Below, one piece after another: positions 18,500-28,915 of a stretch of 56,106 nt of DNA. This stretch comes from a virus (lineage: Duplodnaviria > Caudoviricetes), in IMG/VR virus record IMGVR_UViG_3300030106_002316, positions 1 through 56,106 of that record. One strand, 5' to 3'. Both the position numbers and the translations under genes were made by a program. Under the pieces are notes generated by a model. The model had not been told where the DNA came from. It saw nothing but the letters and a program-made list of their open reading frames with translations, and did not search any database. Numbering within the stretch: position 1 is the stretch's first letter; every line of letters begins with the position of its first letter.

Positions 18500-21400
18500 T
18501 CATCGACCTGCTATTATACGACCAGATGTATCTATAATGGGCGTTCCTATTGCCATGTATATTATTGTATTATTATTTACTACAAAGTTAGTACCACGCT
18601 GTTTTATACCACCTGTAACGAAATCCATATCACCCCAGTTACCTTCTGCTAAAGTTTGATCTGGCGATAGCACTTTATCCATCACATTCGTTGAACTTCT
18701 AGAGGTGTCTTCTTGACTCCAAGCACTGCCTGATGTGCCATTATCAATATTCTTAAAAAGCGCCCAAACTGGTTGTAGAGGAATACCAAGAGAATTAAGC
18801 AATGGTGCAAAAGCCCCATCAGCATTTCCGTTTCCTTCGTATGCTCCTATTGAAATAAATTGGCTAGGAGCAAAACAATAGGCTACATAGGTGTGACTTG
18901 ACTGATTTGTACTTTGAGTATCTCCAACTGAGAACACACTACTTGTTGGGGCGGTGTCGTTCCACATACCAGCTAAATCAGCAACAGCACCAGTTGTATC
19001 TAGTAAAAGATATTTATCTTCGGGCGCACTTGCATCTGAGTATTTGTGATAGATGGCCCAACTACTTGAAGAATCTCCTGCTCGTTTTTTCACGATAATC
19101 ATTTCTGGAACTACACCTAGCCCATGTCCGATAGTAGCTGCACTACCTGTTCCTGTGTAGGTTGAAATGCTTAATCCTAAAGTCGTATCAACTAATGTTG
19201 ATGTCGTATTGATAGACCCATCTTCATTAGATGATCCACTACCTGTAGCTTCCATCATCCAATTCCAAAGAACATAGCTTTCACTAGCTGTATTAACTTC
19301 AACATCTTCACCTATTTGAACTCCACCAGCTAAGAAACTTTTAAGTGTATTTTCATTCGTGACTTCCACTGTAGTATCATTACAATGTAAATCTTTCGTT
19401 ACACCACGCACACGATCAAACAACATATAATTATCTGTGGCATCTCTATTCTTAATCCAACTAAGGGCTGATATAAATTGATCTGAAGCTGTTATATTAT
19501 CTTGTGCAAGTTTAGAATATCCAGTTGGTATTGAGTAAGTAAAAGCACTTGCACCAAAATTTACTGTTGCATCATTAGCAGAACTTGCACCACCATTTCT
19601 AAAATAAAAATAATACGTGGTTCCTTTTGGTGTATTTAAATCTATTGTTGCTTTGGCAGTATCTGCTTGTCTAAATGTAACTTGATTATTATCAAGATCA
19701 AGCATGATAGCATTAACCTGATTATTAGCCATAGCAGAACCATAGCTGCCAATTAAAGTTGCATTATTTCTGTAAACAGTTCCACCATCCCATCCTATAC
19801 CATTCGCTGATTGACCTGGATATTGACTTGAATTTTTTTGATCAAAAGGCACAACACCTAACATTGGAGATCCAACAGTAGAACCACAAATTAGTTCGCA
19901 ATACCATTTTCCACTTGATACCCCGATTGTAGATACATTTGAAGAAGCACTGTTATATCCTGACATAGTTAAATTTCCGTTACTATATCCCGAATATTTA
20001 TAAGCACCGTCAAGAATAGAATAGTTTATCGTAGGTGAATCTGATGATTGAGTTACACTATTATTGTTAGTATAGTCATTAGAATTTCCAGATTCGTCAT
20101 CACCTAAGTTTCCACTATCTGCAAAGTCTAAGAAAAAAGTATTATTACCAGAACCAAATGAAAAGCTAGATAAATCTTTCGGAATCCATCTATTTGTAGT
20201 AGCATCAGTTTTTCCAAAGTTAGAAGCAGCGCTGGCAGTTCCGTCTAAGAATACGACCTGTGCCATATAACCAGTGAGAGAGATAGCATCACTACCACCT
20301 GACACATTATTTCCTATGATAATAGGTTCGCCATTATCACCAACACCCTCCAAAGCACCTGCTGAACTTCTATTATCGGTAGCCCAAGCTGTTACAAGAT
20401 TACCATTAATTGTTAACTTAACTTTATCTGTTCCAGATTCACCTGTATTATAAGCTACATGATAATGAAACCATTCACCCATGTTAGTCCATGCAGGAGT
20501 TGTTAGTCCAACTACCGTAGCTCCACTATATATATAAAATTGACCAGCAGCATTAAAACCTAATTGACCTTGTGCAGACTCATCAGAAAAGTTTGCATAT
20601 ACAGTATTTTTATCTTCACCTCTTTTTATCCATGCACTAAATGTCCATACTGTACCAGCACTTGTTCCTGTTGTTTGATTTCTACTTAATGACATATCTG
20701 TGCCATTAAATACAGCACTATTAGACACAGTAAAAGTATCACCAAATGGCTGGAGAGATCCAACTGTTTGACCAGTACCGTTTCCTTCATAGAGTATTGA
20801 CTGAAAGTATTTGTTTGTATCTGATGCTGTGCGAGTTGTAGCAGATGCTAAGTTAGTTGTTGTTAAGGCTTTAAAATCAGTCGTTGGCGTGTGGGCAAAA
20901 TCTGTTGCACCAAAGTTTACCGTAAAAGCTGACGTATCATCGTTATGAATAAACATTGATTTCCAAGTGACTCCAGCCGTTGGAGTAATACTTCCTTGGC
21001 TGGCATTGTTTTTGAAAAATTCTAGGGAGTTTCCTGCAGCGTTCCACTCCACTCGGATAACATCACCGTCAGTATAGGATGCACCATAAGATGAAGCTGT
21101 ACCGTCAATATCTTTTTGTCCAGTAGCCCTATAATAGACACCATCATCTGATAAAGATGAAGCAGATACGGTGGGATCAACCACGTTCTTTAATCCTATA
21201 TAAAATTGATCGACAACATTTGTAACAGTGACTTCCCAAACCCATTTGCCGACACTTTTAGGAAGAAATGTTCCAGAGACATAAGTGGTTCCACCACTTG
21301 ATTGCGTGGATGTAAGATTGCCATTTGATAAAGCAGTTGTTCCGCCAGACGTAAAGTGATCGAGAGGATTTAATAGTGCATATGTATTTGTAGGAGAGTT

Positions 21401-22150
21401 AGCATCTGTTGTAACTGTATTATTATTTGTAAAATCATTTCCTTCACTACTAGCATCTGTTTGAGCATTTGTAGTATTATCTAGGTAGAAACCATTCGTT
21501 CCAAATGTGAGAGCTTTAATTGTTGAAGAACTTTTAGGAGTCCAAAACAAACCAGTTGAGTCGTATTCTGCAAAACTTGTAGGATTTAATGCTGTCCCAT
21601 CTATAAAAACAAATTCAGATATGTAACCATCAAACCAGTTAGATGCTGCATTATATGCACCAACACTCATTGTAGCATCTGCGCCATTTACTGTAAGACC
21701 AGAAAGAACTATATTTCCATTGACAAATACAGTTCCTGATCCAGCAACTGATTTTACAACAAGATGATACCAACCAGTATCACGAAAAACTGCTGAAGTT
21801 GATGTGTAGCTCCCCGAATACCAAGACACGACATCAGCCGTAGTTCCATCTCCAAAGGAAAGTCCAGAATCAGTTGCGATGGTAAATACAAAATTGGCAG
21901 CAGTTGCTTCTAGTGCTGGTTCGGTGCGATATGCCCAACAGCTTGCCGTCCATGTAGTTGCTGTTCCACCCATACTTCCACGACTAAGTGATTCATTGTT
22001 TGCATTAATAAATAAAGCAGACTTACCAACAGATACGACTGCATCGGTAGCAATTGTACCAGCACCGAAACCTATGTATTGACCATAAAGATCACACAAA
22101 TGGTTAGGAAACCTCGCAGAAGGAAACATATCAGTAGATTTTTTACGCAT
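18500..22150 (-). CDS. Tail fibre / receptor-binding protein with two concanavalin A-like (LamG) plus SPRY-like modules
   Basis: WT.S.W..R, WYHLVV, FDGYISEF.FIDG, FGTNGFYL, GKW.WE motifs occur twice; C-terminal YVAYCFA-type repeats. Confidence 0.8.
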   Translation of the reverse strand: MRKKSTDMFPSARFPNHLCDLYGQYIGFGAGTIATDAVVSVGKSALFINANNESLSRGSMGGTATTWTASCWAYRTEPALEATAANFVFTIATDSGLSFGDGTTADVVSWYSGSYTSTSAVFRDTGWYHLVVKSVAGSGTVFVNGNIVLSGLTVNGADATMSVGAYNAASNWFDGYISEFVFIDGTALNPTSFAEYDSTGLFWTPKSSSTIKALTFGTNGFYLDNTTNAQTDASSEGNDFTNNNTVTTDANSPTNTYALLNPLDHFTSGGTTALSNGNLTSTQSSGGTTYVSGTFLPKSVGKWVWEVTVTNVVDQFYIGLKNVVDPTVSASSLSDDGVYYRATGQKDIDGTASSYGASYTDGDVIRVEWNAAGNSLEFFKNNASQGSITPTAGVTWKSMFIHNDDTSAFTVNFGATDFAHTPTTDFKALTTTNLASATTRTASDTNKYFQSILYEGNGTGQTVGSLQPFGDTFTVSNSAVFNGTDMSLSRNQTTGTSAGTVWTFSAWIKRGEDKNTVYANFSDESAQGQLGFNAAGQFYIYSGATVVGLTTPAWTNMGEWFHYHVAYNTGESGTDKVKLTINGNLVTAWATDNRSSAGALEGVGDNGEPIIIGNNVSGGSDAISLTGYMAQVVFLDGTASAASNFGKTDATTNRWIPKDLSSFSFGSGNNTFFLDFADSGNLGDDESGNSNDYTNNNSVTQSSDSPTINYSILDGAYKYSGYSNGNLTMSGYNSASSNVSTIGVSSGKWYCELICGSTVGSPMLGVVPFDQKNSSQYPGQSANGIGWDGGTVYRNNATLIGSYGSAMANNQVNAIMLDLDNNQVTFRQADTAKATIDLNTPKGTTYYFYFRNGGASSANDATVNFGASAFTYSIPTGYSKLAQDNITASDQFISALSWIKNRDATDNYMLFDRVRGVTKDLHCNDTTVEVTNENTLKSFLAGGVQIGEDVEVNTASESYVLWNWMMEATGSGSSNEDGSINTTSTLVDTTLGLSISTYTGTGSAATIGHGLGVVPEMIIVKKRAGDSSSSWAIYHKYSDASAPEDKYLLLDTTGAVADLAGMWNDTAPTSSVFSVGDTQSTNQSSHTYVAYCFAPSQFISIGAYEGNGNADGAFAPLLNSLGIPLQPVWALFKNIDNGTSGSAWSQEDTSRSSTNVMDKVLSPDQTLAEGNWGDMDFVTGGIKQRGTNFVVNNNTIIYMAIGTPIIDTSGRIIAGR

Positions 22151-24987
22151 TAGCTGTCATTTGCCTTATCAGTTGTAAAAAGGATACGCACACCAACTAA
22201 TCGTGCGTCACCAGACATATCATCATTAGCGTCACTTACATCCCTAAAGATCTGGCAAAACAACAAGTCATCTGCTGCACCGCTACACGCTATGTCACCA
22301 CTTTCAGGACTTATAAGTAACTCTGTAGCACTGCCCTGTGAGGAGTCATCTACGACTACTGCAGTGCCGTAAGCTACGTTTATGTCTTCGTTATCGTTTA
22401 GTGCTTTTACTTGTAATGCCCAAGAACATCCAGTAGTTGCTGCAATGCCAATCCAGTAGGCTTTAAAGGTAATGTTACCTCCGTCCCATTGTTTAGGCAT
22501 ACATATGCTGAACTGTGCGTGTTCATCGCTGTCCTTATCAAAGTCAAGAACTCTAAGGTCAGGTCCACTGTTCGTTCCAGAATCTACCGTAGTAATGTCA
22601 GCACAAGGATTTGTTGCAGCAGGAGTCATCGCTGTAGCTGGAACCCAGATTGTTTCCTTGCCGATTGTCTTAACAGAGTTGCCCTTTGATGTTACATCTC
22701 CTACGAAGGCTAACGTTGAACTAGCTGCTGTCGCGTTAGGTGTTGCTGTAAGTAACGTTGCGTGTGTTCCTGCACTGGCTATGTCGTTGCCTAATGTAAG
22801 TACACCGCCATTAGCTACATTCAGTTTCCATTCATCTCCTGCATCTGCTCCTGCGTCTGCTTGTAGTATAATACCGAGAGCAGCATCATTAACATTCTGA
22901 GAAACAACAAGAGCATCAGTTGTCGTTTCATCGTACCCAATAGAGACATCTTGATCGTTACCAAATTTAACGTATTTGTCATCTGCTACGAATACATCTC
23001 CCCACTCTGCGGAAGTTGATCCTATGTCAGCACCGCCGACAGTATCAGGAACAATCGAAGTAGCGACAGTCATTGTTGTACCGCTTACAGTACCGCCTTC
23101 AAAGTTAGCACTTATAGTACCTACAGATCCACTTACTACCTCGCTGGATAAACTAGCGTCAGGTATGAACTTTAGCTTGTAAGAATCATCGTCATCAATA
23201 CCAAGAAACGCTGTCTTTGCTGCAGATCCTGTGTGATACTGCATGGCGATACCTACGTCTTTGTTAGTGTCTGATCCTAACGCACCACCATCAGAAGCTG
23301 TCTGTAAGTGTATGATTGGATCAACCACAGCCAGTGTAGCAGTATCCAGTGTCGTAGTCGTACCGTTAACTGTAAGGTTTCCTGTTACTGTCAAATTCTG
23401 TGAAGCTGATACGTTCCCGCTTGCATCTATTGTTATAGCGTCTGCATCCGAAGCAGTTCCTATTGTACCGCCATCTTTTATCTTAATGTCGTCTTTAAAT
23501 GTTACTATACCGCCTGATGAGATTTGAATAGCATCTGTGGCACTTGCTGAACCAATATCACCATCGTCAGGAACAACCACTCCTCCCGCGCTCAGTGTCA
23601 GGACACCTGCGCCAGACAGTTGCATTTTGGAAGCAGGAACATCTGTCGCTGCAACCTTGGTTTTAAAGTCTATGAGTGATGTACCTGTTCCATCTCCACC
23701 GCCTGAAGACAATGTTAAGTTACCACCGTTTATGTTGGCAGATCCTGTAGCAGAGGAACCCGCAGCCACCGTCAGACCCTTACCTGCCGTAGTGCCTGAT
23801 GTTGCTGCTACTCCGACTTCCCAGTTGGCTCCGTTCGTGAATGTTATACCGCCATCGTCTATCTCAAAGATGTCTGTTCCATCTACGTCAAAACGGATAC
23901 TGGCTGCATCACCTCCGCTATCTGCCGTAGCTGTAGAAATTTCAAGATAATCGAGAGTCTGTGCGCCACTGTCAAAGACAGCTTGTATCATTCCTTTTTC
24001 AGCGTCTGCTCCACCTATTGATATAGATGGGTTTCCATCGTTTACGTCTTCTAATACTTTTAAGTCTGATCCATCAAATGTTAGATGGGCTTCGCCAGCA
24101 AGTGCATTCGCGCCTGTGACAGTAGCGATTGTGTTGTTTGTACTTCCACTCAATGATACAGAACTTACTGTTCCTGTAAAACCATCAAGAGCATTAAGTT
24201 CTGAAGCTGTTGCTGTTACAAGCGTTCCTCCTAATTTAAGACCGCCAGCAGTACCATCGTGAGTAGAGATGTCCACAGTAATGTCCCCATCACTACTCGC
24301 ACCCTGAATGGACATACCTTTCGTAAGCGTTCCATCATTTTCTGCAACATAAAAATCTATCCCTCCTTGTTCGCCTCCAGCCGTCACATCTACAATTGTA
24401 GATTGTATGCGCCCGTAGGTCGTTGCTACTGCTCCAGCGTCTTCACTCAAGAAATCTATGTTTCCTACAACGTCACTGGTTGCAGCACTTGTACCGTCTT
24501 TTTTAAATTTTAAAGTTGCTCCGTTTGCATCTGCGTTACTGTTGAATAGTGTCATAACAGGTTTAGCAGACGTAGCACTTTCAACGGATATGTCTGATCC
24601 TGTCAATACAAGGTCATCATCTCCACTCTCATCGTACTTTATCGTCCAATCTGAATCTGAGCCAAAGATAAGAGTCTCATTGTCAATGATCATAATGTCG
24701 TCATTGTATTTGAAATAATCTTCGTCTTCCATCCACAAGAATACGCCATCGTTGGTTTCGCCATCAAACGTTACAGTAATATCTGTACCTGCCGTAGCTG
24801 CACCAATTGTTATGGAGTTGCTTCCTGTTAGTTTTGATAATGCTCCACCATTACCTGCTGTGCCATCGTGGTTGTGACCACTTGTTCCGAAGGCAGTTAC
24901 AATCGCATCAAATTCATCATTGGAATGCGCTGCTGTAATTGTGTCGCCTGTTGTATAACTGCTTTGTCTTGATGAATAACCTGCCAT
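22150..24987 (-). CDS. Tail fibre / tail spike protein
   Basis: N-terminal RQSSY..GDTITAAHSNDEF...GHNHDG anchor, Gly/Thr/Asp-rich beta repeats. Confidence 0.8.
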   Translation of the reverse strand: MAGYSSRQSSYTTGDTITAAHSNDEFDAIVTAFGTSGHNHDGTAGNGGALSKLTGSNSITIGAATAGTDITVTFDGETNDGVFLWMEDEDYFKYNDDIMIIDNETLIFGSDSDWTIKYDESGDDDLVLTGSDISVESATSAKPVMTLFNSNADANGATLKFKKDGTSAATSDVVGNIDFLSEDAGAVATTYGRIQSTIVDVTAGGEQGGIDFYVAENDGTLTKGMSIQGASSDGDITVDISTHDGTAGGLKLGGTLVTATASELNALDGFTGTVSSVSLSGSTNNTIATVTGANALAGEAHLTFDGSDLKVLEDVNDGNPSISIGGADAEKGMIQAVFDSGAQTLDYLEISTATADSGGDAASIRFDVDGTDIFEIDDGGITFTNGANWEVGVAATSGTTAGKGLTVAAGSSATGSANINGGNLTLSSGGGDGTGTSLIDFKTKVAATDVPASKMQLSGAGVLTLSAGGVVVPDDGDIGSASATDAIQISSGGIVTFKDDIKIKDGGTIGTASDADAITIDASGNVSASQNLTVTGNLTVNGTTTTLDTATLAVVDPIIHLQTASDGGALGSDTNKDVGIAMQYHTGSAAKTAFLGIDDDDSYKLKFIPDASLSSEVVSGSVGTISANFEGGTVSGTTMTVATSIVPDTVGGADIGSTSAEWGDVFVADDKYVKFGNDQDVSIGYDETTTDALVVSQNVNDAALGIILQADAGADAGDEWKLNVANGGVLTLGNDIASAGTHATLLTATPNATAASSTLAFVGDVTSKGNSVKTIGKETIWVPATAMTPAATNPCADITTVDSGTNSGPDLRVLDFDKDSDEHAQFSICMPKQWDGGNITFKAYWIGIAATTGCSWALQVKALNDNEDINVAYGTAVVVDDSSQGSATELLISPESGDIACSGAADDLLFCQIFRDVSDANDDMSGDARLVGVRILFTTDKANDS

Positions 24988-26498
24988 TACATTCTAGCTC
25001 CTGGAGTAAACTCTAATTCAAATCCTTTTAGTGTTATAGGTGGATTGGATGATGTATCTTCCACTCTAATCACAACTGTAAAACCACTTCCTTCCACACT
25101 TTGTCGTACAATGGGGATACCTCTTGCTCCATATACGGATGTATCGTAAGTGCCTGAACCGTACACTGCTGCTGAACTTTGAGTTGTTAAACTGTAAGCT
25201 GCTGGTTGTGGAACGCTACTATCTTCAAAGTCATATTTTACAAAGAGAGAAGCGTCTACAGATCCTTCAGTATCGAAATTGAGGTTAATGCGCTGCATAT
25301 TTTTTCGTATGCCAGCGTCACCCATTGTAAGATCTGGTGAACGGTATATTGCATTAATATTAGTACCTGCGAAAGTGTTTCCTGAATCTTGTTGATATAC
25401 GTATCCATCGTAGCCCCCGTGTACAATTGTTTCTGTTGTTCCTATAAAATCGGAATCACAACAAGCAGCCTTAATGCCTTTTATGTCGGCATATTCCCAC
25501 CCAATTTGTCCTTGAGGGTTCGATTTAATAACTCCTATTATACCTTTAGCGCTTGCTTCAATTCCACCTGTCGTTGGAAAAAATAACCTATACTGACTCT
25601 TACTTCGTATTATCGTAGAAGATATATTGTCAAATCCAATAGCATTAATGCGCTCCTGTATTTGTTTAGAGACTGTTCCTAATTCAACGTCACCGATACG
25701 TGCCGTACCAGCAATTGTACGTAGACCGTCTGGTGCAAGAAAGATAATATCACCGCCAATCTCCTGTACGCTATTTCCGTCACTACACCCCACATTACGA
25801 GATATGGGTGTTATGGCGAAGTCTGAACTGGAACTCCCTGATAATTTGTATATACGATCCTTCCCAAAGACAATTAGATCATCACGGAAGGACTTTAAGG
25901 CTACAACCTCAGTATCAACTTTTACGTTACCTGATCCTGTACCTGTATAATCTGTGTCACTAAATGGAACAGTGTATTGTATCTGTTGTTTTGCTGCTGA
26001 AGCTCCTGCATAAAACAAGTGGTTTTTAAAAGCTGCTACAGATGTTGCATTAGCTGGTGCGCCTGTTCCGCTTAAAGCTGTTCCTGTTCCAGTACCTGTC
26101 CACTTCGTAGGTGTGTTTGCACCATCCACCCAAACTATTGTGTCAGTGCCACCAAAGTTATATTTCTCGAAACGTGGTCGGGATGGTGTACTGGATTGTG
26201 TCGCAACGGCTGACCACGATGATCCTGTTCCATGTTTTACTGCTGTTCCTGCTATGGCTATAACACCACTAGCAAATACAGCTACTCCTGTCACTTTAGC
26301 CGATCCATTGACTTGAGTAGTTGAGTATTTAGCTGTTCCATCAAGTCTTCTGTACCCGCCTTTAACAGAAGGCTCAAAGTTTTGTAGGATGGATGCTGCT
26401 CCTACGGGCATGGTGTACACATCTCTATCAAGAACTAGACCGCCTGATGTTGTTACAACGTATGGCGAGATATATTCTGGTTCTGTTACTTGAGCCAT
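24987..26498 (-). CDS. Tail nozzle / tubular protein B-like (beta-propeller)
   Basis: GGL..D, NFEPS..GGYRR, FLAPDGLR..AGT.RIGDVELG.VSK; position after the adaptor. Confidence 0.75.
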   Translation of the reverse strand: MAQVTEPEYISPYVVTTSGGLVLDRDVYTMPVGAASILQNFEPSVKGGYRRLDGTAKYSTTQVNGSAKVTGVAVFASGVIAIAGTAVKHGTGSSWSAVATQSSTPSRPRFEKYNFGGTDTIVWVDGANTPTKWTGTGTGTALSGTGAPANATSVAAFKNHLFYAGASAAKQQIQYTVPFSDTDYTGTGSGNVKVDTEVVALKSFRDDLIVFGKDRIYKLSGSSSSDFAITPISRNVGCSDGNSVQEIGGDIIFLAPDGLRTIAGTARIGDVELGTVSKQIQERINAIGFDNISSTIIRSKSQYRLFFPTTGGIEASAKGIIGVIKSNPQGQIGWEYADIKGIKAACCDSDFIGTTETIVHGGYDGYVYQQDSGNTFAGTNINAIYRSPDLTMGDAGIRKNMQRINLNFDTEGSVDASLFVKYDFEDSSVPQPAAYSLTTQSSAAVYGSGTYDTSVYGARGIPIVRQSVEGSGFTVVIRVEDTSSNPPITLKGFELEFTPGARM

Positions 26499-27589
26499 TA
26501 TGTGTTAACTTTCAATAGCCTTCCTGATGAACGAAGACCGCTAGGATACATGTAGTTCTTTTGATTCAAGAGTTCTATTCGCATTCTCTTTACACCATTT
26601 AAATAGTCATTCTCAGCTAACTTTGTTCCTGCTACATTCGCTCTCATCATATATGTGTAATACTTTGCACGATTGACTATGGTATCGTGAAATCTAACTG
26701 GCAATAAGGGTATGTCTGTGTACCCCGATAGGTCAGAGTGTGTCTTATAGTACTTGTAGGTTACGCTAAGAACCCTGTCAGGAATAGGTGATACACCGTA
26801 TTTGTCATCCGATGTTTCGTAAACGTATAAAGGCAGAGCAAACTGATTCTTAGAGGTCTGGTTGAGGTCTGTCTCAGAATATGTGTTAAACCACTCATCA
26901 TAAGACATGTATTGTAGCTTGCGTGGATGCTCGTTCTCTACAACTTCTATTGTGTCTACTTCTGCGTTGCTACCGCTTCCTTCCGCTAAACCAATATAGG
27001 TCGTTGTTGCTGTAGCTGTGAAAGAGTTGGTCTGCCACTCTCCATCACCTGTATTCGTTACACTTAACGTTGCACTAAGGTTTTGTGTTCCTCCTGAAGA
27101 TGTACCTACCTTCAATGAAACATCGTTAGAGAAAGTTCTTGTCCTTACTATGTATTCCTTATTAATAATAGTTTGAACAGTCTGAGTGACTTCGGCAGAA
27201 GTGAGGCGTAAAGCTCCTGTCACACTTGCTCCTGAGTTAGTTGTGTCCACTCGTAACGGGCTTCCTGATACTACTGTCCAATCTGCAATGCTTGCATTGA
27301 ATGTGCCGTTTGTTATTAAGTTCTTTGGCAGAAGCATAAAGGAGTCAAAGTCTATCTTTCTGAAGTCTGATGGAAAGTCATACTCTTGTGTACCTGCAAC
27401 CAAGTTGTCTGTTTGTGTACCTATGAGAAAAGGCCATTCTATCTCTGAGTTGTAAATGTCGTTGATTGATTTGTTGACTACATTCTTAACCATTGACTGT
27501 ACGCCCCTAGAAGATGAGAAGGTGCTAGATGTCAATTCTACTTCATTAAGTTCGCTGAGAACATTATTTACAAGTGTGAGATAATTCAT
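26498..27589 (-). CDS. Head-tail adaptor / tubular protein A-like with inserted carbohydrate-binding-like domain
   Basis: MNYLTLVNNVL.ELNEVEL N-terminus, WPF, P.PD..Y.YY C-terminus; NLITNGTF...W insertion. Confidence 0.75.
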   Translation of the reverse strand: MNYLTLVNNVLSELNEVELTSSTFSSSRGVQSMVKNVVNKSINDIYNSEIEWPFLIGTQTDNLVAGTQEYDFPSDFRKIDFDSFMLLPKNLITNGTFNASIADWTVVSGSPLRVDTTNSGASVTGALRLTSAEVTQTVQTIINKEYIVRTRTFSNDVSLKVGTSSGGTQNLSATLSVTNTGDGEWQTNSFTATATTTYIGLAEGSGSNAEVDTIEVVENEHPRKLQYMSYDEWFNTYSETDLNQTSKNQFALPLYVYETSDDKYGVSPIPDRVLSVTYKYYKTHSDLSGYTDIPLLPVRFHDTIVNRAKYYTYMMRANVAGTKLAENDYLNGVKRMRIELLNQKNYMYPSGLRSSGRLLKVNT

Positions 27590-27592
27590 TGT

Positions 27593-27874
27593 TTAACACT
27601 TCCATCTTTTACGTGCTTGTCTTAATCTGCTTTTAGGGTTCTTAGCAGCTTTAGGAAACTTCTTCATTTGTCCTGCAGATCTTGCACAGTAACTCTTACG
27701 TCTTTTAGCTGATTTACTGCCAGCTTTTACTTTACCTGTTACTGCACCTTTTAGCTTGGAACCTGGATTTGCTCTACGATGTGCTGCAATACCAGCCCTT
27801 GTCATACCTGCTCCACTTTTAGTCGAGCGATAGTTTTTCTTATTACGTGCTATAGGTTTCTGTCGTTTAGTCAT
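27593..27874 (-). CDS. Highly basic small phage protein (DUF6321-like)
   Basis: GAGMT.AG....RRANPGSKLK.AVTG...RRKSYCARS...R.WKC. Confidence 0.75.
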   Translation of the reverse strand: MTKRQKPIARNKKNYRSTKSGAGMTRAGIAAHRRANPGSKLKGAVTGKVKAGSKSAKRRKSYCARSAGQMKKFPKAAKNPKSRLRQARKRWKC

Positions 27875-27957
27875 ACTGACTAGCCTTTGTATATTGCTTT
27901 TCTTACATCATTAGAGTATGTTTTAGAACTAGAAGCTATTTTAGTTCCACCTTATTT

Positions 27958-28113
27958 TTATTCGCACTCAGAACATCTACAGTTCTTGCAAACCTCAACG
28001 TCCTGATCTCCAGTGTCATCTGCGTGGTTCCTGAAAGAACGCAATGTGTCAAGTTTCTTTGAGAGTGTGTTTCCACAGTGGGAGTCGTACCCACAGTTCG
28101 AGCATTTAGCCAT
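27958..28113 (-). CDS. 51-aa Cys-rich putative metal-binding protein (below the ORF-track cut-off)
   Basis: Manual translation MAKCSNCGYDSHCGNTLSKKLDTLRSFRNHADDTGDQDVEVCKNCRCSECE; overlaps the stop of the upstream gene. Confidence 0.7.
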   Translation of the reverse strand: MAKCSNCGYDSHCGNTLSKKLDTLRSFRNHADDTGDQDVEVCKNCRCSECE

Positions 28114-28414
28114 TATACTTTGCTACTCTGCCTCCACTGGCATACTTGCGACCACGATAGACTTTTCCACCGCCCATGTAGCTGCTAGAAGCTTTGCCAC
28201 CCATCTTTTTTTGAAATTTTTTAACAGGTGAATCTTTTCCTGAAGATGTTACTTTTTTGTGCATGTCAAGTATTTCTTTATCAGACATATCTACTGCCGT
28301 TTTTTCTCCAATATGTCCTTCGTCTATTAAAAAATCACGTTTAGATACAATACCTTTAGGATCTTTATTCAAACCTAAAGCTTCTCGCATAGCTTTTGTT
28401 ACTACTTCCATCAT
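28106..28414 (-). CDS. Hypothetical late protein with repeated GG motifs
   Basis: RBS AAGGA; KMGGKA, YMGGGKV, YASGGRV. Confidence 0.7.
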   Translation of the reverse strand: MMEVVTKAMREALGLNKDPKGIVSKRDFLIDEGHIGEKTAVDMSDKEILDMHKKVTSSGKDSPVKKFQKKMGGKASSSYMGGGKVYRGRKYASGGRVAKYNG

Positions 28415-28423
28415 TTTTTCCTT

Positions 28424-28915
28424 TTAAGTTGCAGCAAATACACGCACGTTGGCGGTACTGCCTGATCCGTTATAACATTCAATGCGGTCTATTGTATCCG
28501 CAGTCCAGTTTGTTTCCCAAGTATCATTCTCTGCAAGATAATTGCTTTCATTAAAGCTTCCTGTTACATCGCCTCTGTTACGGCTTGAGTCGTCAGCAAG
28601 ACAAAAAGGAATACCTGCAGCAAGTTTAACCACCCAAGCATTTTCTAGATCACTTCCTGAAACTGTTCCACCCTCATTACACATAAGCTGAATCTCTACA
28701 ACCTGATCTGATTCAATCCACAAGAAGTCAAAGTCTGAAAGCATCGTGTCGTTCCATACTTCTGCTAAGCTTCCATTCGTAATGCTGTAACGCTTATCAA
28801 AATAATGCGTTATAGTTATGGAATCAGTCGCAGTCGTGCTTCCTCCTGTGATTGTGTGGGTATCATCATCAGGAATATCCACAGTGAAATGAGTGGTATA
28901 GCTTAAAGTAGCCAT
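28424..28915 (-). CDS. Putative virion structural protein
   Basis: Acidic beta-rich protein in the structural operon. Confidence 0.55.
   Translation of the reverse strand: MATLSYTTHFTVDIPDDDTHTITGGSTTATDSITITHYFDKRYSITNGSLAEVWNDTMLSDFDFLWIESDQVVEIQLMCNEGGTVSGSDLENAWVVKLAAGIPFCLADDSSRNRGDVTGSFNESNYLAENDTWETNWTADTIDRIECYNGSGSTANVRVFAAT

Noticed and set aside
6709-27455. Numerous plus-strand ORFs of 60-140 aa opposite the structural genes
   Set aside because: Antisense shadows of long genes, with no RBS or recognisable motifs
27880-27945. Possible mini-ORF (I)ASSSKTYSNDVRKAIYKG
   Set aside because: No canonical start codon in frame (ATA only); too short to support
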